Shown: positions 41,151 through 52,036 of the stretch, piece after piece
How positions within the stretch are numbered: position 1 is the stretch's first letter
How the letters are laid out: each line of letters opens with the position of its first letter
NCBI GenBank assembly: GCA_050246315.1
Contig: JBFWWG010000010.1
Coordinates: forward strand, 1-64,000
Length of the DNA: 64,000 nt
Origin: Nitrospiraceae bacterium
GTDB lineage: Bacteria > Nitrospirota > Nitrospiria > Nitrospirales > Nitrospiraceae
Direction: 5' to 3'
The notes under the pieces: generated by a model
What the model was told of the DNA's origin: nothing
Seen by the model: only the letters and a program-made list of their open reading frames with translations
The model's database searches: none
Position numbers and translations under genes: made by a program

Positions 41151-41627
41151 TCAGCGGGCAATATATCGAGGAAGTCGTTCGACCAACGACGGGATTGCCG
41201 CCCAGATGTAGTCAATGATGCCGGTAACATAGGCCTTGGCGGCCTCGGGAGACTCCTGCCACTGCGGCAGGGCCTCGTGCAGATCGAGAATCGCGGACTC
41301 TCGACCGTAGCTGACCTCGTTGAACAACCGGACCTCTCGACCAAACCGCTGTCGACTGACATCCCGGTGATCTAAACTCATCGCCACCGGCAACACCGCT
41401 TTATCCAGCAGCGTCTGAGTGAGCCGGCGCTGAACATGACCTGTCACATCAGCCTCCTTGGCGAGCAAGAGTCCTCGCACGAACGGGTGGATCGCTTGAG
41501 GGCTGGCATCGATCCCTGCGGAGCCCACGAGGTAGCGGGCGTCTTTCCCCAGGTAGGCCTTCAGCGCGTGCTCGGCGACCAGGCTGCGGAAGATATTGCC
41601 GGTACAGATAAAGAGGATCGATGACAT
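41151..41627 (-). CDS. Low-molecular-weight phosphotyrosine phosphatase/ArsC-like protein
   Basis: [11 protein letters not shown]-loop; SAGI. Confidence 0.8.
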   Translation of the reverse strand: MSSILFICTGNIFRSLVAEHALKAYLGKDARYLVGSAGIDASPQAIHPFVRGLLLAKEADVTGHVQRRLTQTLLDKAVLPVAMSLDHRDVSRQRFGREVRLFNEVSYGRESAILDLHEALPQWQESPEAAKAYVTGIIDYIWAAIPSLVERLPRYIAR

Positions 41628-41708
41628 GCCACGACTCACAGGCCGATTTCACGAGCCGATCAATCCACCTCTCCCCTTTTGATTGTATCGAGAGGTAGAA
41701 TACCGCCC

Positions 41709-42605
41709 ATGATTGATTCAACCAAACCGCAATCGCGCCCGTCCGATCACGTTCTCGCCTTGACCGGCGAAGCTCGAAAACTCCAAACCCGCCTGTGCCG
41801 GCTGACCGGGCAAGCCATCGCCGATTACGGCATGATCGACGAGGGCGACACTATCATGGTCTGCCTGTCCGGCGGCAAGGACAGTTACGGGTTGCTGGAC
41901 ATCCTCCTGCTCCTACAAAGCCGGGCGCCGATCCGCTACAGCATCGTCGCGGTGAATCTAGATCAGAAACAGCCTGGGTTTCCCGCTCATGTCTTGCCCG
42001 AGTACCTGACCAAACTAGGCGTTCCCTTTCGCATCGAGACACGCGACACCTATTCGACGGTCAAACGCGTGATCCCCGAAGGCGACACGATGTGTTCTCT
42101 CTGCTCGCGACTGCGGCGTGCCATTCTTTATCAGGTCGCCACGGAGATTGGGGCGACGAAGATTGCCCTCGGCCACCATCGGGACGACCTCCTGGAAACG
42201 TTCATCCTGAATATGCTGTACAACGGCACGCTCAAGACCATGCCGCCCAAGCTCCGCTCGGACGACGGACGTCACGTCGTGATTCGACCGTTGGCTTATG
42301 TCCTGGAATCAGACCTCGCCGCCTATGCCGAAACCCGAAAATTCCCCATAATCCCCTGCGACCTCTGCGGTTCCCAAGAGCATCTCAAGCGGAAAGTCGT
42401 GAAGGCCATGTTGCGGACCTGGAACCAGGAGTCGCCCGGCTGCTTGGACAGCATGCTTGCGGCGCTAGGCAATGTCGTCCCCTCGCACCTCATGGATCGC
42501 GCCCTGTACGATTTTCAGACGCTGGAACCTGAGCATGACCCAGGCCGGCCGTCCGGGGCGATTCACCCACCCTCGCTCCTATCGTTGAAGTCATCGATGC
42601 GTTAA
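41709..42605 (+). CDS. ttcA: tRNA 2-thiocytidine(32) synthetase
   Basis: SGGKDS PP-loop, [30 protein letters not shown]. Confidence 0.95.
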   Translation: MIDSTKPQSRPSDHVLALTGEARKLQTRLCRLTGQAIADYGMIDEGDTIMVCLSGGKDSYGLLDILLLLQSRAPIRYSIVAVNLDQKQPGFPAHVLPEYLTKLGVPFRIETRDTYSTVKRVIPEGDTMCSLCSRLRRAILYQVATEIGATKIALGHHRDDLLETFILNMLYNGTLKTMPPKLRSDDGRHVVIRPLAYVLESDLAAYAETRKFPIIPCDLCGSQEHLKRKVVKAMLRTWNQESPGCLDSMLAALGNVVPSHLMDRALYDFQTLEPEHDPGRPSGAIHPPSLLSLKSSMR

Positions 42606-42714
42606 CTCTGGCCCGATGACCGGGTCATCAAGACGACGCGGGCGCTGTCCCTCCCTGAGCAGGGAGAAACAGCGCCCGCACGGACGGCCCAGCCGACTTC
42701 TGGGTCAGAACCGG

Positions 42715-43089
42715 TTACATCGAGGTCGCTTTTTCGTACTGAACGGCCAGGAGCTTCAACATGTCGTCTACGCTCTCCCGCATCTCCGCGCCCCACTTCG
42801 AGCCATCCGGTTTGTTTTGCACCTTGTAGATTTCGCGGGCAACGTTATCTCGCGTCATGATGAGGTCCGAAACGACGGCGAAGTTCTTTTGATCCCCTTT
42901 CAGCTTGCCGATCACCTGGTCGACCTTGGCAAGAATTTCATCGACCTTGGCCTTGTAGGCGGCTGGATCCTTCGGAAGCCCTTCCACGTTGATCGAATCC
43001 GCCCAACTGACCGTGGCACCCATCCAGACGGTAGAAGCCATCACCACCGCCAAGATCATCCCTGCCTGGCCAAACATCCGCTTTCCCAT
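42715..43089 (-). CDS. Small secreted alpha-helical hypothetical protein
   Basis: AGGAGG RBS; signal peptide; amphipathic helices. Confidence 0.7.
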   Translation of the reverse strand: MGKRMFGQAGMILAVVMASTVWMGATVSWADSINVEGLPKDPAAYKAKVDEILAKVDQVIGKLKGDQKNFAVVSDLIMTRDNVAREIYKVQNKPDGSKWGAEMRESVDDMLKLLAVQYEKATSM

Positions 43090-43260
43090 GCAATCCTCCT
43101 TTCGATTACCCCTTTCAATAATTCGCAACCACAAGATGATCATGATCGACCACGCCGATTCATCGCGTGTCCATGAACGCAGACGAGCACCCCTCTCGGC
43201 AACCGGCGTCTATATCGCAACTAACCCCCAAAAGGCAAGCCCCGATCGAAGCGGCGCCGG

Positions 43261-43812
43261 CTAGGCTCCAGTCTTCAGTCGGTCGGCGAATTTCGTTCGG
43301 AACTTGGCGATCTTCGGCCCAACCACGTAGGTGCAGTAGGGTTGAGAGGGATTCCGGGCAAAGTATTCCTGGTGATAGGCCTCGGCCAGGTAGAAGGGGC
43401 CGGCCGGGACCACCTCGGTGACAATCGGATCGTTATAGAGCCGTTCGGCGGTCAGGGCTGCGATCACCTCCGACGCGACGGACTTCTGCTCGGGCGAGTG
43501 ATAGAAGATCACCGATCGGTATTGAGTCCCGACGTCATTGCCCTGCCGGTTGAGGGTCGTGGGGTCGTGGAGCACGAAGAAGATCTCCAGCAATTCGCGG
43601 AAGGAAACAACGGAGGGATCGAACCGGATCTGCACGACCTCCGCATGGCCGGTCCGTCCCAGACAGACCGCTTCATAGGTTGGACGTTCGACTTGCCCGC
43701 CCATGTAGCCGGACTCGACCGAGGAAACGCCTTTCACTCGGTCATAGACGGCCTCCAGGCACCAGAAACAACCGCCGGCGAGCGTCGCAACTTCTTGGCT
43801 TGCTGTGGACAT
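43261..43812 (-). CDS. msrA: Peptide-methionine (S)-S-oxide reductase
   Basis: GGCFWC, GHAEVV, HDPTTLNRQGNDVGTQYRS, AEAYHQEY. Confidence 0.96.
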   Translation of the reverse strand: MSTASQEVATLAGGCFWCLEAVYDRVKGVSSVESGYMGGQVERPTYEAVCLGRTGHAEVVQIRFDPSVVSFRELLEIFFVLHDPTTLNRQGNDVGTQYRSVIFYHSPEQKSVASEVIAALTAERLYNDPIVTEVVPAGPFYLAEAYHQEYFARNPSQPYCTYVVGPKIAKFRTKFADRLKTGA

Positions 43813-43953
43813 GATCCGTTCCGGTGTTCCGTCTGTTTCCCTCGGCTTGCCTGATGGCCCTCCGTCTCAGCACTGCGGAGTTTCGACGGGAACCTTACAC
43901 GACCGTGGAGCGAGATGTACAGGGCTCCTCCCGAACAGGGCGTGCAGACTTCA

Positions 43954-46500
43954 TTACGGACGGGGCTCTCGTTCGCCGGGACGTTTGGCTCGGCTGGTCG
44001 GCACCGCGCTCAGCGGGTCTTCGGGCCAATGGTGCTTCGGATAGCGCCCACGCAGTTCTTTTCGGACCTCGACATAAGATGTCGTCCAAAAGCCGGCGAG
44101 ATCGTTGGTGACCTGAACCGGCCGACCGGCCGGCGACAAGAGATGAATCGTGATGGAGACTTTCCCATCGGCGACTCTGGGCGTCTCTCGGCAGCCGAAT
44201 AGTTCCTGCAACCGCACCGCCAACACAGGCCGCTCGTTTGATTCATAGTCCAGGCGCACGCGCGAGCCGGTGGGGACCGCCATATGGGTCGGCGCGAGCC
44301 GATCCAACCGTCGCTGTTGCTCCCTGGTGAGCAGGCTATGGAGCGGCCCGGCAAGATCGAGTCGTTGCACCTGATCCCATCGCGTGAGCCCGTCCAGCCA
44401 TGGCCCTAGCCAGATAGCCAATCGATCAGACAGGGCTTCGTCGGAGACATCCGGCCAGTCGGATTTCGGCCCAGAGATCCGACGGAGCAACGCCACGCGC
44501 GCACGCCATTGATGGAGGTCCTTGGTCCAGGGCAGGCTCGACACGCCGGCTCGACGGATGGCGTCGACCAGCGCCTGACTAACCTGTTCCGGATCTGGAT
44601 CAGGCAACCCCTGATCGGAGAGCACCAAGGAACCCAACTGTCGTTGGCGGCGTGCCTGAACGACCTTTCGCCGTTCGTCCCATCGGATGAAATCGGCGGT
44701 CTGAATGAGCGGAGCGCAGGACGATTCAAGCTCATCCAACCGGACCGGCGCGGCCAAGTCGATGCGCGCCCATTGGCCGGTCCCGTCGAGACCGGCGATC
44801 ACCAAGTACTCCTCGGTCGCGAGCCCATCCGGAGAGGAAAACTGAGCACCCCGGCCGTTGGCCAGGAGATATCGGCCATCGCCGCCAGCCTGACGCTGTG
44901 CGATCCGGTCCGGATAGGCGAGCGCCACCAGCGCACCAAGCGAGCCGATCTGCGATGCCTTGGATACCGTGCGTGCCCTGGACTCATGTGCCTCCGCCAG
45001 TTGTCGCCGCAGCGACACGGCGGCTCGATGAATCCGATGGCCGAGTGTCCGATCATACCGGGCAGGGCCAGCTGGATCGTGGTCCTGTTCCAGCGCGTCC
45101 AACCGAAGACGCAAATCGGCATTGCGCCAGCCGCTTGGCCCTCGCAGAAGGTCGCGCTCGCTGAGCAAGGCCGCCACGTCGCAAGCCAGACTCCCGGCCC
45201 CCTGCTCCCAGGCGCGTTGTACCATGTGAGCCAGCCGTGGATGCAGCGGCAACTCCGCCATGCGCCGGCCATGCTGCGTCACTTTCCCCTTCCCATCGAG
45301 CCCGCCCAGTTGGATCAACAGGCTGCGAGCCTGGGTCGTCGCCCCCGTTGGAGGTGGATCGAGCCATGACAGTTCTCCCGGATCGTCTGTCCCCCACAGG
45401 GCCAATTCGAGGACCAGCGGAGCCAAGTCCGATTCGAGTATTTCCGGGGGACGCCGCGGCAGGAGCAGCTGTTGATCCGCTTCGGTCCATAAGCGATAAC
45501 AGACCCCGGGCTCCAATCGCCCGGCTCGGCCGCGCCGTTGTTCGGCCGAGTCTTGGGTCACACGGATCGTATCCAGACGTGTCAGTCCGGAGCGGGGGTC
45601 GTACCGCGGGATTCTCAAGAGTCCCGCATCGACCACAACCCGCACCCCTTCGATCGTCAAACTGGTCTCGGCGATCGAGGTGGTCAACACGACCTTGCGC
45701 CTACCGGGGCGGGGCGGGGCGATCGCCAGATCCTGCGCCTCCTGCGGCAAATCGCCATGCAACGGTGTAATGGTGATCGACTGGTCGAGGGGTGTCTCCT
45801 GCAAGCGACGCTCGACGCGACGGATCTCTGCCATGCCGGGAAGAAACACCAGGACGCTGCCGCTGTCCTGTCGGAGCGCGCGCCGGACGGTCTGTGCCAC
45901 CACTTGGTCCAGCGGAATCGAGATCCGTTGATCGAGATAGCAGGTTTCAACCGGATAACCCCGTCCTTTGCAGGAAATGATCGGTGCTTGGCCCAACAGA
46001 TCGGACAGCGCCGCAAAGTCCAACGTCGCCGACATGACGACTAGACGGAGGTCCGGTCGGAACAACCGTTGCGATTCCAATGTCAAGGCCAACCCGAGAT
46101 CGGCCTGAAGACTCCGCTCGTGGAACTCGTCGAAGAGCACGGCTCCGTATCCGGCGAGCGAGGGATCGTGCTGGAGCAGCCTGGTCAGAATGCCCTCCGT
46201 CACGACTTCGATCCTGGTTGTCCCTCCGACGTTCGTATCAAGACGGGTGCGATACCCGACCGTCATGCCAACGGCCTCTCCAAGAAGCCGCGCCATGTAA
46301 TGAGCCGCCGCCCTAGCGGCGAGGCGGCGGTGCTCCAGCAGCAGCAGCTTCTGTCCTTCCATCCAACCGGTCTTCAGCAAGGCCAACGGGACGCGGGTCG
46401 TCTTCCCGACCCCTGGCTCGGCCGTCAAGAGCACGGACCTCCGACGTTCGAGCGTGTTGCAGAGTTCGGGCAGGATCTGTTCGATCGGAAGGTTGGTCAT
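43954..46500 (-). CDS. hrpB: ATP-dependent helicase HrpB
   Basis: GKTTRVP, DEFHERS, MSATL, IAETSLTI, QRRGRAGR; C-terminal RGRYPKHHWPEDP. Confidence 0.95.
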   Translation of the reverse strand: MTNLPIEQILPELCNTLERRRSVLLTAEPGVGKTTRVPLALLKTGWMEGQKLLLLEHRRLAARAAAHYMARLLGEAVGMTVGYRTRLDTNVGGTTRIEVVTEGILTRLLQHDPSLAGYGAVLFDEFHERSLQADLGLALTLESQRLFRPDLRLVVMSATLDFAALSDLLGQAPIISCKGRGYPVETCYLDQRISIPLDQVVAQTVRRALRQDSGSVLVFLPGMAEIRRVERRLQETPLDQSITITPLHGDLPQEAQDLAIAPPRPGRRKVVLTTSIAETSLTIEGVRVVVDAGLLRIPRYDPRSGLTRLDTIRVTQDSAEQRRGRAGRLEPGVCYRLWTEADQQLLLPRRPPEILESDLAPLVLELALWGTDDPGELSWLDPPPTGATTQARSLLIQLGGLDGKGKVTQHGRRMAELPLHPRLAHMVQRAWEQGAGSLACDVAALLSERDLLRGPSGWRNADLRLRLDALEQDHDPAGPARYDRTLGHRIHRAAVSLRRQLAEAHESRARTVSKASQIGSLGALVALAYPDRIAQRQAGGDGRYLLANGRGAQFSSPDGLATEEYLVIAGLDGTGQWARIDLAAPVRLDELESSCAPLIQTADFIRWDERRKVVQARRQRQLGSLVLSDQGLPDPDPEQVSQALVDAIRRAGVSSLPWTKDLHQWRARVALLRRISGPKSDWPDVSDEALSDRLAIWLGPWLDGLTRWDQVQRLDLAGPLHSLLTREQQRRLDRLAPTHMAVPTGSRVRLDYESNERPVLAVRLQELFGCRETPRVADGKVSITIHLLSPAGRPVQVTNDLAGFWTTSYVEVRKELRGRYPKHHWPEDPLSAVPTSRAKRPGEREPRP

Positions 46501-46644
46501 GACTCGCACGCCGCATGCCGGGTTGGTCCGATGACTGTATCAGAAACAGATTGTGGAAACCGACAGAGAGAGACCGCCAATTGATAGGACAGAAAGACGG
46601 CGACCCCGTCGATGCCGGAGGCGAATCAGGGTATAATTCGCTCC

Positions 46645-46881
46645 ATGCCGTCGAGAAAACAGACTAGCCGAGTCAGCCAGCTCAGCCAGCTAAGATGGAC
46701 CAGCGGGAAGCCGATCCAACCAGGTTGGTATTGGTATCGGGGCCTGATTGATGAAGCCGATCCCTTGATCGTGCTAGTGGATGAAGCCGGGTATTTCCAG
46801 TGGCCCGATGGAGCGTTCGAGGATGTCAGACAGACCGATGGGCAATGGGCCGGTCCCATCGCTCTGCCCAGCGAAACCTAA
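46645..46881 (+). CDS. Small Trp-rich hypothetical protein
   Basis: WTSGKPIQPGWYWYR...QWAGPIALP; TATAAT immediately upstream. Confidence 0.65.
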   Translation: MPSRKQTSRVSQLSQLRWTSGKPIQPGWYWYRGLIDEADPLIVLVDEAGYFQWPDGAFEDVRQTDGQWAGPIALPSET

Positions 46882-46887
46882 CCAGCC

Positions 46888-47496
46888 TCACCCCGCTACC
46901 GACTGACCCTTCGGAACAGGTTCGCCGGACTCCGGGGAGAGTCCGAGCGTTTCGAACCTCTGTTTCAGCGAGGCGAGAATGGCGCTACGAAGCCCATCGC
47001 GATAGCGCGCGAATGACTCATCTCCGAGGTACCGGTCGAGGGTTCGCGGGAGACGCTTCCACCACGCTTGGGCCGCATTCCTCGCGCAGCGGGCGCCCCC
47101 CTCTCCACCGGAGAGGAGCGCTCTGACCTGCCGCTCAAAAAATCCGACGTGCGCCTCCTCGTCCGTGAGGATTTCGGCCATGTCCGGCCGGATTGTGACC
47201 AGCAAGGTTGCGAACTCAAGACCCAATGCCTCATACCCGTACAAGTGGACAGCCAAGGCGCACCACTGCTCAGGCACCCTCGGCAGGCGCTCCCGTTTCG
47301 ATGACTGAGCGCCCACCAGCTCCTCGAACTGCCGCAGGTGCCGTCGCTCATCCTGCTCATGTCGCTTAAGGAAATTCATGACGGAGGTGGACAGCGTTTG
47401 CCTCTGCGCGGCCTGGACCGCCCACATCGCCATGGCTTCGGCCCGAAGGAACCGCTCCAACAAGGCACGTTCGCAGCTCTGAGGCAACAAGATCAT
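46888..47496 (-). CDS. Ferritin-like (diiron carboxylate) protein
   Basis: Ligand pattern E (RAEAMA)...DERRH...E (GYEALG)...DEEAH. Confidence 0.75.
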   Translation of the reverse strand: MILLPQSCERALLERFLRAEAMAMWAVQAAQRQTLSTSVMNFLKRHEQDERRHLRQFEELVGAQSSKRERLPRVPEQWCALAVHLYGYEALGLEFATLLVTIRPDMAEILTDEEAHVGFFERQVRALLSGGEGGARCARNAAQAWWKRLPRTLDRYLGDESFARYRDGLRSAILASLKQRFETLGLSPESGEPVPKGQSVAG

Positions 47497-48248
47497 GGCG
47501 TGATCGGTTTCTCTGCGCAGACAATCAGCACCGCAGTCAACGCATCCTCACGGGAATAGCGATGAAGATACGACAGTTCGGAAAGGACCTGCTCGATGTC
47601 CGGGCTTTCCACCCCTCGCCATTCACGAATCGCGAATCCCGCCTCGCTCAGGATCGCCCGCCAGTCGGACGATCGCAGACGGTTCACGTACGAACTTCGA
47701 TTCCATTTCATCAGGTTCCATAGCCAGTCTGGATATCGCAAACAATCAAAAAGGCGGCTCCTGTCCCCGGAGGGATAGACGCCATGATCGGCCAAGTCGA
47801 TCTGCGCAATCAAGAGGCCTCCCGGACGCAACACTCGCGCGCATTCGCGGAGCACCAGCGCTGGATATCGCAAATGCTCAAACGCATTGTGTGACCAGAT
47901 CAGGTCGTACCGTGCGGAAGGCAAGGGGATCTCTCGCCCCTCGTACAGCACGTAGTCAAGTCCACTCCTCGAGGCCTCCTCCATCGAACAATAGGCGACC
48001 ACGTCAAGCGCCGTACAGCTTCGAGCCCCGGCCGTCTTCGCCAGGTGCAGAACTTCCAACGTGTGGCCCGGGCCGATTTCAAGGATGTCGCGTCCCTCCA
48101 CCGATGCAAACGACCGGTAGAAGTCGTAGACACGACGAGCCTCCCTCAGGTCGCCGTTCAATCCGGTCGAGTGAAGGCGCTGAGCGGCCCGGGCCAGGGG
48201 TGCAATCCCCATCAGCAGGTTTTGAGCAATCTCGCGCGCAATCCCCAT
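47493..48248 (-). CDS. Class I SAM-dependent methyltransferase
   Basis: ILEIGPG, DLIWSHNAFEHL, RVLRPGG, IDLADH. Confidence 0.85.
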   Translation of the reverse strand: MGIAREIAQNLLMGIAPLARAAQRLHSTGLNGDLREARRVYDFYRSFASVEGRDILEIGPGHTLEVLHLAKTAGARSCTALDVVAYCSMEEASRSGLDYVLYEGREIPLPSARYDLIWSHNAFEHLRYPALVLRECARVLRPGGLLIAQIDLADHGVYPSGDRSRLFDCLRYPDWLWNLMKWNRSSYVNRLRSSDWRAILSEAGFAIREWRGVESPDIEQVLSELSYLHRYSREDALTAVLIVCAEKPITP

Positions 48249-48845
48249 TTCGGATCTTGCTCGGCTCCTACCCAGAACTCGTCCCGGTCTGCTCGGATAG
48301 ATTGACAGGACACTACAATCATGAAATCAGGGATTGCGCAAGGGAAGCGTGCCAAGGTGAAACGCAGGCGATCGGGTCCTTGTGGCGGTTGAGGGCAGGG
48401 ACCTCGATTGCCGGATCTTTAACCCCAAGGCGTCGTGGAACGCGATCGGCGCGGCTTGACGATCATTCGTGCAGGGGTGATAGGCATCGGTCGAAACAAA
48501 AGGCCCCGTGGCGGAAACGTCCACAACCTCGAGACCTTCGTCGTACCGAGGGCGAGAGGAACATTCCCCACACCCCATTCCGTGGAAGTCGCTCCCAGAA
48601 CAGCCTCCTCGGCATCATGCCCACATGAGAGGAGCAGCCTCGATACTGTTCGCCATATGTTCGCGATTGACACAAGTCCAGGCACTCACGAGAGAAAACG
48701 AAAATGGGCATGACCGCCTCGCCTCACCCTGTAGGCTCCGACACACAATCGGCCAGCGGACAGCCGATGCACCAGTCTTAGACAAACTAGATCCTGGCAG
48801 CAACAGCCTCATTTTGCCTCAAGTCAAATGTTAGAATTTGCCACC

Positions 48846-49028
48846 ATGCCCTGCCCGATTTGCAAAACTCCTGTCACCTGGCAGGACAACCCCGCTCGGC
48901 CCTTCTGTTCCAAACGGTGCAAACTCATCGACCTGGGCCGATGGGCCTCCGGGCAGTACCGAATTCCTGGTCAAAAGCTCGCGTCGTCTCCACCCGAATC
49001 CAGTCCGACAGGGCAGAAACCGGAGTGA
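48846..49028 (+). CDS. yacG: DNA gyrase inhibitor YacG
   Basis: CPIC...[25 protein letters not shown]. Confidence 0.92.
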   Translation: MPCPICKTPVTWQDNPARPFCSKRCKLIDLGRWASGQYRIPGQKLASSPPESSPTGQKPE

Positions 49029-49111
49029 ACGGGTTTGCCGGCTGCACGACGATCCGCGGACTTCCATGACACTATTAATGTACTTGAATCGTCAGATCCT
49101 GGCACACGTGG

Positions 49112-50005
49112 TCACGGCTTCGGCAGACCGAGGACAGTGGCTACCAACCAATCATGGACCCGGTCTCCGAGCAGGCGCTTGACCGCGGCCCTGATCTTGG
49201 CATCCGTCCCGACAAGATAGCGAACGCGAGGACGAACCGCAGTCAGTGCATGGGCCACAACCTTTGCAACTGCCTCGGCCGGGATGGCGCGCCTCTCCGC
49301 ATCCTTGGCGTGGCCGGCCAAACCCTGGGTCAATGGATCGTAGAGTGCGACCAGATCGTGATCGGCCGAGGCTCGAATGGATTCGGCCAAGGCAGTTGAC
49401 TTGCTCCAGATCGGAGTAGCAATAGAACCCGGCTCCACCAGGGAGACCAGGATCCCCCAGGCCCTGAGCTCAAGGCGAAGCGCATCCGTCATGGCCTCCA
49501 GGGCGAATTTGGAGGCTCCATAGAGCCCCAGAAACGGCAGGGTTTCCAAGCCGGCAATCGACGACATATTGACGATACGGCCCCGTCCTTTGCGCAACAA
49601 GGGAAGAAATGCCTGTATGACCGCGATCTGTCCGATGACATTCACTTCGAACTGTTTGCGGACGAAATTCAACGGCACCGTTTCGATTGGGCCAGGCACA
49701 GCGATCCCCGCGTTGTTGATCAGTCCAGCCAAACCGAGGTCCCCGATCGCCTCAGAGACCGTCCGTACCGCGGCCGCGATCGAATCTCGATCCGTCACAT
49801 CGAGCCGCAGAGCTGTGAGCCGTGGAGAGGCCTTGGCCTGCAAGGCCACCCCATCTCGCTCGTCTCTCACTCCCGCAAAAAGTCGGAACCCGAGCCGATC
49901 AAGGTGAATCGCGCAAGCCTCTCCGATTCCGCTGGAAGCCCCCGTGATTACGATTCCTGTCGGCTGAGTCGACGCTGACCCTCCCGCCCTCATCTCCACC
50001 TTCAT
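49112..50005 (-). CDS. SDR-family oxidoreductase
   Basis: ITGASSGIG, NNAG, YGASK, VEPG. Confidence 0.9.
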   Translation of the reverse strand: MKVEMRAGGSASTQPTGIVITGASSGIGEACAIHLDRLGFRLFAGVRDERDGVALQAKASPRLTALRLDVTDRDSIAAAVRTVSEAIGDLGLAGLINNAGIAVPGPIETVPLNFVRKQFEVNVIGQIAVIQAFLPLLRKGRGRIVNMSSIAGLETLPFLGLYGASKFALEAMTDALRLELRAWGILVSLVEPGSIATPIWSKSTALAESIRASADHDLVALYDPLTQGLAGHAKDAERRAIPAEAVAKVVAHALTAVRPRVRYLVGTDAKIRAAVKRLLGDRVHDWLVATVLGLPKP

Positions 50006-50743
50006 GACCACACGGCCTCCAGAAGTTCACCAGGAACGGTACCACGACCCTTCTTCGGAAGATACCGCTTCCTCGACCGAGATGAACGAATCCTCTTCCG
50101 CGCAACAGGCTTTCGTTGTCATGAGGTGAATGACGCGTGGTCGATTATCGCAAGAATCGGCGGACCTCGACGGTCTCGGAATCTTGTCATCGCTACGGCC
50201 GGCTCTTGGACCCTGAAGCAATTCAGGACCGAATCTGACCGAGTGGCTGGCAGGAATCGTACGGATCCGGTGGTTTTGGCGTACCCTGTCCACAATCACC
50301 AGCGGCACGCAGCGGCCAGCTCAAGCGTCTCGATTGGTCGGCGTTGTAATCCAGAGCGTGGGTCGCCGCCGGACAGCTTCTCCACGGTCAGAGCACCTTC
50401 ATCAGAGTGCACTGGAAATTCGACCGTGTGTATAGCCCCAAGCCGCAACCGGCCGACCATGGGAGACCGGTTCGCTATCAGATGCCACCACTCCCCGGGC
50501 TCCCGTCACATACGCAGGGTGTCTTGCTCTTCATTCACCGCACCCAAGGCCTGCAGAGTCGGGCGCTCGACGACGGCTCCGACGTGTTCATTGATACCAG
50601 TCGCACCAGCATAAGCCTCTGACCTCTCATCCGGCGTTGCACAGATACGGGATGACGGGATATCGTGAAGCCGGAGGCCGCACCTTCTTGCTTGGTTCAA
50701 GTGCGTCCGGCACATGAGCGCTGCCGGAAAAGGAGCTCGCCCG

Positions 50744-52036
50744 ATGGCGTCAACCAGGTCCATGCCTTCACGCATCGTCATTGTCGGGGGCGGCTTCGGT
50801 GGCCTCGCGGCGGCACAAGGATTGGCACGGACACCGGTCGAGATCCTGATGATCGACCGGACCAACCACCACGTGTTTCAACCGTTGTTGTACCAGGTCG
50901 CCACAGCCGCATTATCCCCTGGGGACATCGCCTGGCCGCTACGGACCGCCCTGCGTGGCCAACAAAATCTCCGGCTGGTGATGGATGAGGTCGAAACGAT
51001 CGACCGCACGGCACACCAAGTCATCGTCAGGAACGGTCCTGCGATTCCTTTTGATACGTTGATTCTGGCTCCAGGGTCCCAGCCCTCTTACTTCGGACAT
51101 GACGAGTGGGCTGTTCATGCCCCGGGTCTGAAGACGTTGCCCGATGCCTTGGCGCTCCGTGAGCGGCTGCTGTTGGCCTTCGAAGAGGCGGATCACCGCC
51201 GAATGTTTGCAGCCCCCCACCCACTCACCTTCGTCATTGTCGGAGGAGGACCGACCGGCGTTGAACTGGCTGGCGCACTCGCCGAGATCGGACGCCGAGC
51301 GATGGCACCAGACTTCCCGACCTTGCGATGGGACGAGGTCCGCATTCTTCTGGTCGAAGGCGGGGAGCGACTGTTGCCGGGATTCAGTCCGAACCTGTCT
51401 GACAAGGCTACGATCGCGCTCCAACGCATGGGTGTCACGGTCATACTCAAGTCAACGGTTCATGATATACGCGATTCCGGCGTCATGGTCGGTGATCGAT
51501 TCATCGAACCGGCCTCTGTGATCTGGGCGGCGGGCAACCGAGCCTCCCTCCTCGTGGAAAGTCTTGGGAGCCTCCTGGACGGAACAGGGCGGGTCCTGGT
51601 GCGACCCGACCTGTCGATCCCAGGCGATCCGTGGATCTTCGTGATCGGCGATGCGGCCCACTGTCGCGGGATCGATGATCAGGCGCTCCCGGGACTCGCG
51701 CCAGTGGCAATGCAGCAGGGCCAATACGTCGCGGACCTGGTCCGCCGGCAATTGGAACCGGACCAACGGCCTCCCTTTGCCTATACGAACCGAGGTCTGC
51801 TCGCCACCATCGGACGCGCGAAGGCGGTCGCACAGTTCGGCTCCTGGCAATTGTCCGGCCTTCCTGCCTGGCTGATCTGGTGCATCGTCCATATCTTCTT
51901 TCTGATCAGCCTGCGCAACCGCTTTCGAGTCATGTCCGAGTGGATCTGGTATTATTTTACCTTCAAGCCAGGGGCTCGGCTCATCTACGGCGGGACGAAT
52001 CGACGTTCCGAGAGCGAGAGGTCGCACAGTCCATGA
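50744..52036 (+). CDS. ndh: Type II NADH dehydrogenase-like FAD oxidoreductase
   Basis: VGGGFGGL, FQPLLYQVAT, VGGGPTGVELAG, IGDAA, AMQQG. Confidence 0.88.
   Translation: MASTRSMPSRIVIVGGGFGGLAAAQGLARTPVEILMIDRTNHHVFQPLLYQVATAALSPGDIAWPLRTALRGQQNLRLVMDEVETIDRTAHQVIVRNGPAIPFDTLILAPGSQPSYFGHDEWAVHAPGLKTLPDALALRERLLLAFEEADHRRMFAAPHPLTFVIVGGGPTGVELAGALAEIGRRAMAPDFPTLRWDEVRILLVEGGERLLPGFSPNLSDKATIALQRMGVTVILKSTVHDIRDSGVMVGDRFIEPASVIWAAGNRASLLVESLGSLLDGTGRVLVRPDLSIPGDPWIFVIGDAAHCRGIDDQALPGLAPVAMQQGQYVADLVRRQLEPDQRPPFAYTNRGLLATIGRAKAVAQFGSWQLSGLPAWLIWCIVHIFFLISLRNRFRVMSEWIWYYFTFKPGARLIYGGTNRRSESERSHSP

Noticed and set aside
46320..46420. HrpB motif deviations (AEPGVGKT, LEHRRLAA)
   Set aside because: Single substitutions in an otherwise complete gene; no basis for claiming altered function.
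50027..50122. 31-aa peptide MTTKACCAEEDSFISVEEAVSSEEGSWYRSW upstream of the SDR (leader or RiPP precursor?)
   Set aside because: No RBS and no adjacent modifying enzymes; cannot be distinguished from chance.
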